NCBI GenBank assembly: GCA_004431415.1
Contig: QPMI01000534.1
Span: 235,099 to 299,098 of the forward strand
Length of the DNA stretch: 64,000 bases
Reading direction: 5' to 3'
DNA from: Cyanophora paradoxa CCMP329
Lineage: Eukaryota; Plantae; Glaucophyta
A program made the position numbers and the translations under genes. Position 1 is the first letter of the stretch, and each line of letters begins with the position of its first letter. The notes under the pieces were generated by a model that ran no database searches, was not told where the DNA came from, and worked only from the letters and a program-made list of their open reading frames with translations. Positions 26,497 through 37,829 of this stretch are shown in pieces.

Positions 26497-29400
26497 GCGA
26501 GCCCGAGTCCCTCGCCCTCCGCCGCCCCGTCGCGAGCGCCTTCCCCCTCCGCGAGCCCCTCGCCGTCGTACACCCCTTCGCCGTCGCCGACGCCGGCCCC
26601 GCCGCTTCACCCGTGTGCAAACGTGCGCAAAGGCTCTTTCCAAGCTTGATTAATATGTCAACCTCTGGGGTGACCAATGTTGGCGCAGGCGTCCGATCCG
26701 AGGGACCTGTTCTCGTGCACGCTTTGGACCTCTCTCGCGCTGGAGCTCGGCCCGTCGGCGGCGCAGGCGGACGGCTCCTCTGTGTTGGAATGCGAGCGGG
26801 CGTGGGCCCCTGCCGACGGCGCCCTCGCCTGCACCTTCAGCCCGCGGCGCCGCAACGCCGCCCTCGCCGTCGAGGCCGCCGCGTGAGCCGCTGAGCCGCC
26901 CCGCGCTTCCCGGGCCGCACCCCGTGTCCAACCGACGGGCGAGCAGGTTCGCGGTGCAGCTGACGAGCGGGGAGGCGAGCCGGACGGTGTTCCTGTCGGG
27001 GGCGAGCGCGTCGTCGTTTGCGTTCTCGGTGCCGGTGGCGGGCGTGCTCGGTCGGGCTCAGCTGCGCGCGTATCGCACAGCAACGGGGCGCGTCGTGGGC
27101 CGCCCGCTCGACGTCGACATCGTCGGTGCGACCGGATCCCGCCCGGGCCGCGCGAAGCGTGCGCGTGTCTGATCGGGGGCTCGGCCGCCGGCAGGTACTC
27201 CGGACGCGACGTCGCAGCTCGACTGCGGGGTGCGGCTGCAGGCGGCCGGCGGGCCGGTCCGCTGCAGTGAGCCCGCCCCCCTCCTCCATCTGAGCGCGCG
27301 CGAGCGTTGTGCTGACGAATTGTTGTGCAGCGTTGTACCCGCGGTCGATGGGGCGGGCGGTCGGAGCGGCGCTGGCGTCAGTGCTGGTGAGCGGCGTGAA
27401 CGGGACGGCGCAGCTGGCCGTGGCGGCGGGGCCCGGGGGCGCGCCCTCGGGCGTGGCGGGCTTCGGGGGCGTCGGGATCACGTTCTGGCCGGCGGCGGGG
27501 GCGAACGCGAGCGGCGGGGCGGTGCGGGCGTTCGTGGGGCCGGTGGCGCTGTACCGCGAGTTCGCCTTCTACGGTGCGCAGTTGGTTTGCATTCTGATTT
27601 GTTTGCGTGTTGTTAATCGCATGTGCTTAGCGCCAGTGTGGGGTCTTCCAATCATTAATCCTTTCGGCCCGGACCCATCTCCCTCGCGCATTCCATCGCC
27701 GTCGCCGAGCCCGCGGCCTTCGCCAACAGCGAGCCCGTCGCCCACAAGCACACCGTCGCCGAGGCCGAGCCCGTCGCCATCGCCGACAGCGAGCCCGAGC
27801 CCGTCGCCCACAGCCTCTCTGTCGCCAACGCCCTCGCCATCCGCCCCGCCGCCTCCCGTCGCCGTCCCACCGCCTCCAACCGCCACGCCTTCGCCTTCTC
27901 CCCTTGGTGCGCTTCCCGCTCATACCTGTGATCCCGATCGCGAATGCCGTTTCTGACATGCGCTGCAGTGTGTGGCACGCCTCCCTCGGCCGTCCAAGCG
28001 CGGCTCGTCGGGACCGACGCGGTTGAGCTGGCCTGGAGCCCCGCTCTGGCCGCACCAAACGCAGGCTGCCCGTCATTCGTCGTCGGGCTCTTCGCGACGG
28101 GCGGCGAGTCCTCCCCTGCAGCCGCCGCTGCGCTTTGGCTATCAAAGCCTCTCTGGACGTACGGCTCGCCCGCGTTCCGCCTGACCCTCTCGGACGCTAC
28201 CGGCATCAGCGCTGGCGTGCTCTACACCGTCCACGTGGTCACCGAGTCAGCATCCCTCGGCTTCGTGACCGGCTCGTCCGCCTCGGCCCTTCCGTCCACC
28301 GTCCTGGAGTTTCCGCGTGAGTAGCCCTCAGTGCGCTGGGTTCCCACTTTACAGATTCCGACGTTCATGCACAGTGACGGAGGCGTCGACGGTTCAAACG
28401 TCCTATGAGGTCCGCGCCGCCAGTGTCGGGACCGAGTGGGTCTACATCGTCTGGGGTGCGCGGAAATGTGTTTCGTGGTTTCGCCCCCGCTGATCAGAGA
28501 ACTCATTTGGCGCGGGCAGAGTCGTTCACGTTCAGCGCGGGGGCGTTCACGGGCGCGCGCCCCGCGTCGGGCTCCGAGGCGCTGGCGCTCGTCTTCGGGG
28601 CCGGCTGGGCCGAGCCGCGCTTCGAGGTCGCCGTCACGTCGGGGGACGGCGCACGGCTTGCGTGGGGCGGCCTCGCCGGCCCCGCCCACAACGCGACGGG
28701 TCTGCAACCCGGCGCGACGTACGGCGTGGCGGTGCGGCAGGGCTGGGTCGGCCTGTCGGACTCCTTCCTCGTCGACAGCGTCCTCGCACGCACCGCGTCC
28801 CCCCCAGCTGCCTCTTCAGGTACAAATCCGAAATGGGCTTCGAACATATAATTACAAGCTCACTGAGCGGGCCACAGCTGCAGGCAACTCGACGGCGGCG
28901 GCTGCGGAGGAATTCGTCGAGATCAGTCTGGCGCTGCTCTTCTCCGACACCGAGCTGGCAAACCTCGTCGAGCCGGAGGCGGAGGCGGAGGCGGGCTCCG
29001 GGGCGGACTCGGGTTCGACGGGCTCTGGCTCCGGCACGGGCTCCGGCTCTGCGTCGGGATCGAACGCGAATTCCACGTCCACGTCGCCGACGACGTCGAC
29101 GGGCGGCGGCGGCGGCACGTCCACCGGCACCACAGGCGGCGGCACCGCCGCCAGCGCCAGCACCACCGCCACGGTCGCCTTCTCGATCACATTCAACGTG
29201 CCCTGCTCCGACCTCACCGTGCGCCCGATCACCCTGTCGGATACCAATTCGCATATGCATAATTTTAAGTATAAGGTGGATGTTTATCGCTGATGGCGTT
29301 TCTCTGTGCAGGGAATGCTGGCGAAGCGAATGGTGCAGGCGTTGACTGAGGCGCTGGACCTGGAATCCGGCCAAGTCCGCTTCACCGGCATCCGTTGCGT

Positions 29401-31194
29401 CTCATCTTCCACCACGAGTACTGCCCGCGGCCGCCGCCTCGCGGCTGCCGCGACGTCGACCACCGGCGGCGACCGCGTGCTGGCGGACTTCGTCGCGCGC
29501 GCCTCGGCGGAGGTGCAGTCGGCCGGCGCCGCGTCGACGGCGGCGGAGCTGAAGCGCATCGAAACGGCTCTGGCGGCGCCCGTAGTCGCGCAGAGCCTCG
29601 CCGAGGGCGGCGCCCCCGTCGTCCAGCTCGCCGTCAAGCCGGCGGCGACCGCGGCGCCCGCGCTGAATCCCGCCTCGCCCTCCGCGTCGGATCCGCGAGC
29701 TCGTCGGGGGTACCGGCACGAGCAGAACGACCCGGTGCCGGCGCCGGCGCCGGCGCCGGCGCCCGGCGGGCCAGTCGCCGGGTCGCAGCCGGATCAGAAA
29801 TCCGAGTCGGGCTCGGGCGGCCTGCCCGTGGCGGCCGTCGGCGGCGCCGTGGGCGGCGCGGCGGCTCTGGCGGCGGCCGTCGCCGCCGCCGTCGTCCTCC
29901 GCCGCCGGAGGCGGCAGCAGCGCTCCGCCTCCGACCGCGGGCTCCGACGCGGCAGGCGCCCGTCCGCCGCCCATCGACATCGACGTCGACGGGGCGGCCC
30001 CGACGTCGATGCGCGATATCAACGTTCACGTCGACGCGGCCACGGGCGCGACTCGAGCTCGAAGCAGGCGCGGGCGCTCTCAGCATTCTGATGGAGGAGA
30101 CGCCCGCCCAGGTCGGGGCCCGCCTCCGCATGCAGCTGGCGCCCCCCGCGCCGGCGCCGGCGCAGCGTCGGCGTTGCCGTCGCCGCGCGTGGCGGTGGCG
30201 CTCGCGGCGGAGGACGCGGCGGAGTGCGTCGACCTCTACGAGGAGCCGCCGGCCCCGACGGCGAAGGTGGCGCGGGCGTCGGGGACGGGTCAGGGCAGCA
30301 GCAGCGGCCCGGGCGGCGCCGTCATCGCCGCTTCGTCGCCGCCTTCCGTCCCGAAGGCCGCCTCGACCTCCGCCTCCGCCTCAGCCTTCGCGGCGCCGCG
30401 CGTGCCCCCGCTGAAGATCGACCGCGTGGAGCTGGATCCATCGCCCGAGCCAGGAAACGCGAATTCCAAGTACGCAGTGTTTTCTGCGCCCCGCGCTCGA
30501 ATATATTTCGTTTGGCTGACGCGGCGCGACGCGCTGTGCAGGCGGCCGCAGCTGGCGGCGCTCAGCATTCTGGTGGACGAGAGCCCGGCCGAGGCGGGCG
30601 CCCGCCTGCGGAGGGCGGGCACGCCCTCCCCCCGCGTCGAGGGCCGCCCAGCCGACGACGCCGACGACGACGACTGCGTCGACGTGTACGATGACGCGAG
30701 GGCGCCGGCGCCGGCGCCGGCCGCCGCTGCGCCGGCCCCGGCCCCGGCCCCGGGCCGGGCCTCGAGGCTCCGGGTCAAAGTGCCGCCGGCGATCGCCGGC
30801 CTGGCGGTCCGAAGCGGCAGCGGCAGCGCCTCCCCATCGCCGCGGAGGCTCGAGGAGATGTGCGTCCACTCTAGATCTAGACTCCGTATATTTTGTTGGG
30901 CGGCCCCACTGATCCTCGCCGCCCCCGCCTGCGCGCAGTCGCGCCGGTCGGGATCGGGATCGGTCGGAGAGTCCGAAGGCGGCGGCGGAGCTCTGGCGGG
31001 ACCCGCACCCCAGTGGCCCCCCGTGCGCTCTGTGTTCTGGCACGGATCGCAGGGGTACCCAGTGCTGATCGGGAGTCGGCGTGCGCAGGGCCGGCAAAGG
31101 GGGGCAGGACGGCAGGCCCCCAATTCCCCGCGGCCAGCCGTCGCCGCCGGCCGCGGCCGCGGCCGTCACCGTCAACGTGAACCTCTCCTCGTGA
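23317..31194 (+). CDS. Large modular type-I cell-surface glycoprotein/receptor, copy B (3 double-Ig-like modules); inverted paralog of 3569-11455
   Basis: Signal [24 protein letters not shown]; modules at ~23600-24480, ~25200-26080 and ~26690-27570, each followed by (SP)n; FN3-like exons at 27970-28820; RGRRL; [34 protein letters not shown] at ~29820-29910. Apparent 1-bp indels at ~29910-30170 (sequencing error or decay). The 3' end is approximate. Confidence 0.75.
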
Positions 31195-33699
31195 GGAACC
31201 GCTATCTTAGCATCTTAGCATCGCGAGCCGCGTAGTATCTGTATGCAGCCCGATTTAGTGCTATGTAACCCGATTTAGTAGTCCGCGATTCTTGATCTCG
31301 GAATTCAGGCGTCTTGATGTTCGATATATAATGATTTGGTAATTAAGACTCACGCTCATACTTGCCAAGTGGGTGCGATCGCGCGCTTGCAATTAAAGAT
31401 CAACACTTAAAATCTTAGCCGGGCCGCGGCCGGGGCTTTCACTTTGAAACAGTGGGATCGGAACTTCGGAAGTGATCGAAAGCCCCGAAACCGCCGGGCC
31501 GTTGACCCCGCCAGCCAGAGCGAGGCAATTGCAACCTGGACCTCGAAACTTTCGAAGCCAGCCGCGCTTGGCCAATCGCGAGCTGGAGTCTGGACCGAAA
31601 ATTAAACAGAACGGGCACGCGTACGGGGGTCGACGTCCCGGCCTCATCAGTGCTGCCCCCGCTTGTATTACTGATCGATCATGAGTCAGTGAGATCTAGA
31701 TCTAGACAATCGGCATCGAGCTCAGGGCTCAGGTTGTTAGCATGAACACAAACATTTATCTTTAGTAATTTCGACGTCCGCATCATGATCATGAGGATCA
31801 TGCCATGATGACAAGACCGACGATCCAGATCATGATCATTCGAATTCAAGAGTCATTTGCACTTATCGTCAGTGTCGCTCTTTTACATGCGCTTGCCATT
31901 TTACATGCGCTTGCCATGCCATTTACATGTACTACGGTAAAGCTAAGGTCGCCGAGTCGCCGAGGTCGCCAGGGCACTCGTTGCAAAATAAAAATGCGTG
32001 CGCATGCTCCTTTACTAGGGGCCCGGCCGCGTTTGGCGCGCCGGGGGTGCAAGGGGGGTATCGGGATCTATAGCTAATGAAAGAGTAGTAGTGGCACGAA
32101 CATGCACGGGGCAGATGTAGATCGACCCCGGCCCAGCGCGCGCGGCAGGTTGAAGTAGTAAAGATAGACACAGATTATATATGATTGAAAAGAATAGAAA
32201 AGGGCTGATATGCAGACGCTGCGATCTAACCGAATAAAGAAAAGCCTGAATGAAAGCTTAAGGCCAGATTCAGCGCACTGTATATGAAAGATTGTTCTGG
32301 AGCGAAAAAACGCTGCGCATCATTTGTGTTCGCGCGGCCTACCCCTAACCCTGAACAGCTGGCTAAAAGATGATGGTGTTGTCTGCAGAGGGCTCGCCGT
32401 AAACATAGGCGATCCAGGCCTTCTGGAGGGGGTCGAGGCTGAAGTCGACCATGGGGGTGAGCGGCAGCCAGCGGCGGCGGTCCTGAAGAGAGCCGTCTTG
32501 CGAGAGCATGGTGAGGCGGCCCGCCGCTTCGAGCGCCCGCAGAGCCACGCGGCTGGCGCGCTGCTCGCTCCCGATGCGCATCTGGTAGACAAGGTCTTGA
32601 ATTTCGTGCAGCTATCCGTCCCATCTCGTCTGAAATTCGCCAAGGGAAGGTCTTTCGCTGAGCTACTGCTGAATAAGGGAACTGCCGGCTGTTGCAAACA
32701 CTGCTGAAGCTTAGACTGCAGTGTAGCCAGCGGCCGTAGCGGCCTCTGGCCCGGCAAGGCTCGGAGCGACGATAGCTGACAGAAGCTGGATCCGTAACGA
32801 CCGGAAAGCGGCGTGCAGCGGCGCGTACGGAGGCAGTGCCCAGGCCGGGTGGCAGGCGGCGGGGGCGCACGCACGTGCACGCGGGGTGCCGAATGAGCGG
32901 ACAAGCGCCACGTCGTGCGCAGCACACGAACTATAGCTAGTCTGCTGTCCGGGTGCCGATCGCAACAAGAGCGCCGATCGCGAGCGCCCGGCCCGGCCGG
33001 CGTGCTCGGCCGGCACACGCGGTTCTGCAATATAAGCTCGATATAAGCTCGATATAAGCGCAGCAAGAGAGTACGGTCTAGCTATATATAGATCTGGCCG
33101 GCCGGGCGTGCTCGGCTGCGATCAGCTGCAGCGGCGCACTGCGGCAGGCAGCAACTTGGCAACGCAAGCAGTTTCTAGGCGCGGCGGAAATCTAGAGGAG
33201 ACGTTGACAGGTAGAGAGAAGTGGTTCCATGCAGAACCGCGCAACGAAGAGCAAGGCGTACGTACGCGACGCACTGCGAGGAAGCCGAAATCTAGAGGAG
33301 ACAGCTAGGGAGAACTGGTTCCATGCAGAATCGCGCAAGGAATTCGAAGACCGGAGTTAGAGAGAAGTTAGTTTTCCCCTCGAAAACCACTTTGTCCCCT
33401 CGAATTCGACGCTCGAAAGTCGAGAGCTGACCGGTCCACCGAGCCAATCGGATCGCGAATAAAGCACCATTTTTTTCGGGTGTTGCATACTGGCCCTCGA
33501 AAACGGCCTCGTAGAAAAATTTTGGCTGAAGCGAGGGAACGGGAAGCAAGGGGGGAAGACCTTCGGTCTTCTTTCCCCCCTTGCAACATGCAAATGCCAT
33601 GATGATGACAACTGGAGCTCGACCACAAAGCTCACACAGAGCTGAACTGGGCTACTATAGCTAGCTACCAGGCTCGAAACTCCTAGGAGTTTAGGCAGG

Positions 33700-36600
33700 C
33701 AACAGGCCTAGGCCGCTGAGGGCCGCGCCGGGGCGCCGCGCGGCTTGCCGCAGTGCGCCGAGGCCCGCGCGCCGCGCGCGGGGAGACCGCGCCGCCCCCC
33801 GGCCTCGCCACCGCCCCCCCGCTCAGCCGATCTCGTGCCACAAGCTCGCAATCTCATACCAATGCATATGCATTCCACACACGTGTACCAGGCGTGGGCG
33901 GGGCCGGGTCCCTATATATGGCCATGCACAGGGCGGCGCGCCGCGGGGACCGCCCCGCTCCCCGACCCCGGCCCCGGCCCGCTCAGCCGACCTCGTGCCT
34001 GCGCATGGCGTAGTAGACGAGGTCGGCGCCCCCCGCGATCGCCGCAATGTCCGTCACCGCGTTGCACCGCAGGTCCCAGATCTCCCTGCGGGGGGAGAGC
34101 GCTCAGCGCCGGGGCTCCCGAGCCGCGGGCACACAGATCTCTTTGAGCTCCTAGCCTAGTAGCCTTGTAAACCGCCTCCCCCTCTTTATGCGGCCCTAGG
34201 CTCTCCGAACATACGCATAGGGCCCAGGGCCAGTCTTTAGCCTTTAGCCTCTCACTAAGCCGCCGCAGCCTTTAGCCTTCGCGGGGCCCGGGGCTTAGCG
34301 CACGCGATCTCGACGCCGAAGGTGGCCGTGGCGAACGAGAGGAGCTCCTCCAGCGTCCCCGGCACCGCCGTCCCTGCCCGCCCCAGCCCGAGCTAAATAT
34401 AGGAGCAAGGGAAGGGGGCCGGGCGGGCTCGAACCGGCGTTCTTGGAGCGGTCGTGGAGGCGGAGGTTGATGCGGCGGCCCCCGCCGGCCGGGGGGGAGG
34501 CGGCGACAGCGAGGGGAGGGGCCGCCGGGTGCGGGCGCGGGGAGCTGGAGGGGGAGGGGGACGAGGTGCCGGGGGAGGAGCCCGAGGGGGGTACGCATAC
34601 GCCCATGCTCATGCTGGCGGAGAGGTCCAGAAGGGGGGCGATGGGGCGGGGGCGGCCGGGGCCGAGGCGGCGGCGGCGGCGGCCCGGGCGAGCTCGCGAT
34701 CGCCGGGCCGGCGCGGGGGCCGGGGCCGGGGCGGGGCCCGGGGCCGGCAGGGGCCGCTTGCGGCTAGACGACGAGGCGGGGACAGCGGCGGGGCCGCCGC
34801 GGGAGCTCCCGCGGCGACCGCGGCGGCGGGTGCGGCGGCGGCCCCGGCGCTGCACGGCGGTCTGAGGTCGACCTTTTTCAAGGGAAAGAAGCCGGCGACG
34901 CACCTCTGGGCGGCCCCGCCCCCGCCCCCGCCCCCCGAGGTGGCGCGCACGCGGACCGTCATGCCCATGCCCTGCGGTAGGATAGAAACGAGGGATTTAG
35001 AGACGGGGGACACGCAAGCATTTAGAATTTAGAAACGGGGAAACGAGGGATTAGATTTAGGATTTGGAATTTAGAATGGAAACGCTTCGCGAACGGGAGC
35101 ACGCCTAGCTGGCGCCTCCGCCCCGCCCCGCTCCTAGCTGGGGACCTAGCTCCTCCCTCCCTCTATCCTCCCTCGGAGCTCGAGCGAGCGGGGGTACGAA
35201 GAAGGGAAGGAGGGCACCTTTGGGGTGGTGACCGTGACGACCCGGCTGGTGCCGGTGGCCCCGGCCCCGGCTCCGGCGGCGGCTCCGGCGGCGGCGCCGG
35301 AGGACGAGGAGGCGGAGCCGGCGGAGACGACGCGGGGCGAGGGGGGCGGCTTGATCTTGGGCGACGCGGAGGAGGCGGGGGCGGCGGCGGGGGCGGGTCG
35401 GGCGAGAGGAGGAGGAGGGGCGGGGGCGGGGCCGCCGCGCTCGGCGAGGGCGGCGCCGAGGCGAGGAGGGCGTCCACGGCGACCTCTGCGCCGGCAAGGC
35501 GAGGCGAGGCGGGGCGGCCTCAGAAGAAGACGAGGAAGAAGAAGAACGAGAGCGCCAAGGCACGACGCACGGCGGCCGGCGCGGGAGGCCTGGTGCAGGT
35601 GCTCGCCCCACGCCTGCCGGTCCCGTCAGCCCCCGCGCCGTCGGCCCCGCGTCGGGCCGCTCGCCCTGGCGGGGGCCCCGCGCACCGTCTCGCAGGCGGT
35701 GCGGAAGCGCGGCTGCAGCTTCAGGTTCTTCTCCTTGAACCGCTGCGCTCAGCCGCGTCAGATATAAGCTGCGATCGGCCGGCTCTCTCGCTTCGGCCCC
35801 GGACACGGCCCCGGACACGGCAGACCTGGTTCTTGAGGCGCTGGAAATGCTCCCCGAAGTGCAGCACCTGAGGCGGCGGGGCGGGGCGGGGCGGGGGCGG
35901 GGGCGAGGGGAAGGGGGCGCTCGCTCGTGAGGAAAGGCGCAGCGGACGGCGGCTCTCTCGATATGCTCCGGGGCCGACGACGAGATATAGTAGAACTAGG
36001 ATTCAAGAGCTGTCATGTCCTAGAAGCCGACGGACCTTGGAGGGGTGCAGCGAGTTGCGCCACGCCTCTGCGGCCCCGCGCTTGAGAGGGGGGGGGGGTG
36101 GGGGGGGGTGGGGGGTGAAGGGGGGAAGGGCGGGGCCGACCGTTGTAGTACTGGACGCAGACGTACCCCGCCCGGTACTCCTTGTCCTGCGCGGGCCGGG
36201 CGGGGCTGGTGAGATGCGCCCGCCCCCCCGGGGGGGGAAGAAGCGGGGGGTACCTTGGTGAAGGAGCCGGGGGCGAAGACGACGGCGGGCCACCACGGGA
36301 AGCCTGCGGGGCGGGCGCCAGGCGCGGGATTATTCGATGTGAGGCCGGCGCCCAAGCCGAGCCGAGGCGAGGCGAGACAAAGGGCCGGGGCGGGGCGGGG
36401 CGGGGCCGGGGCCGGGGCGGGGCGGGGCGGGGCGGGGGCGGGGGGGCGGACCCTCCTGCTTGGCCCAGACGATGGTGCCGGGGGGGAAGTTGCGCCGCGC
36501 CTCCTCCGCCTCCGAGGGCATCAGACGGGAGGGGAGGGGGGGGAGGAGGGAAGGCTGGGCGCCGGCCGCGGCGAGGCGAGGCTAGGCGCCCATGCGCGCT

Positions 36601-37341
36601 CTAAACAGAGCTAGGCTGGGCGCGGCGGCTCTAGATCTGTTTGGGAGCGGGCTCGGGTTCGAGTCCGGGCGGGGGCGGACCTCCTCGGGGGTGAGCTCGG
36701 GGAGCTTGGGCGGCACGGGGAACATCAGGTGCGCCCTGCGCGCCGTCGGCCGGCGTCGGAGGCGGGGCGAGGAGCGAAGGAGAGGGCGGGACGCGAGTTT
36801 AAGAGGGCGGGAGGAGAGTTTGAGCGCCCCACCGCGCCACGCGCGCCGCGCTCCCCACGCACCCCTTGCGGTGGGGCCGGCGGAAGCCGGCGGGGATGGG
36901 GCCCGACGCGGGAATGGGGACGCCCCCGGCTGCTGTGGCTGCTGCGGCGGCGGCGGCTGCGGCGGCGGAGGAGGAGGCGCCCGGGACGGAGGGGCGGCCC
37001 GGGGCGGCGGCGGGGGCGGCCGAGGAGAGGCGCGAGCTGGTGGCCCTGCCGGCCCCGAGGCCCGGTCAGAAGGAGGAAGGAGAGAGGAGGACGAAATCAA
37101 ACTACAGCTTCGATAAGGCACATGGGGCCGCCCGAGTAGGGGCGCGGGCAGCGGGACTAAAGCTCAGGCTCGGGCCTCATCCGGCCCAAATCCAGGGCCG
37201 CCCGGGGGCAAGCGGGCGGGCCGGCGGGCTGGCGGCGGGCGGGCGGGCGGGCGGGCGCGTGCGCACGAGGAGCGGTCGTCGTCGGAGACGTCGAAGTCGG
37301 AGAGCGACTCCGACGTCCCGTCCGGCGGCGACGAGGCCGAG

Positions 37342-37391
<50 letters not shown>

Positions 37392-37397
37392 TTCCAT
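33700..37397 (-). CDS. PWWP-domain protein with C-terminal KHA/DCX-like domain
   Basis: ATG 37397 (MEAAAA...). Spliced FPPGTIVWAKQEG|FPWWPAVV...YVCVQYYN (PWWP, ~36500-36140). Spliced RRINLRLHDRSKNAGTAVPGTLEELLSFATATFGVEIAEIWDLRCNAVTDIAAI (~34475-34030). Stop uncertain. Confidence 0.75.
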
Positions 37398-37829
37398 CGC
37401 GATCGGGCCCTGCTCGGGATCGTCGAAAAGGCGCGGGTGGCGGGGCGGGGCGGGGCGCAGAAGGGTGAAGGCACCTTGCCGGCGCGGGAGTGGGGCGCGG
37501 GGGGGTTGGCGGGCGTGGCGGGGCCGGGGCCCTCCCCCTCCGACTCCGACCCGCTCCGCTGGCCCCGCTGCCCCAGCGGCCAACGAATTAGGAAGGAAGC
37601 GGGGGGCGCGGCACCCAGGCCGCTATGAAGCTAAGCTCGCAGCGCCAGCAATGAGCGTCCAAAGCAGCCTATGCGCTGTGCCTCTAGGGCTGCTTTCTGC
37701 TCTAGAAGCTCATAGCCGGCCGCTATGGAGGAAAGCTCGCGCCGCCGCAGGAAAGCTATGAGCTTCTAGAGCAGAAAGCAGGGGCATGGGGCGGCCCATC
37801 TGGGCCCTAGCTCCTTGCCAGCAGGCCTC

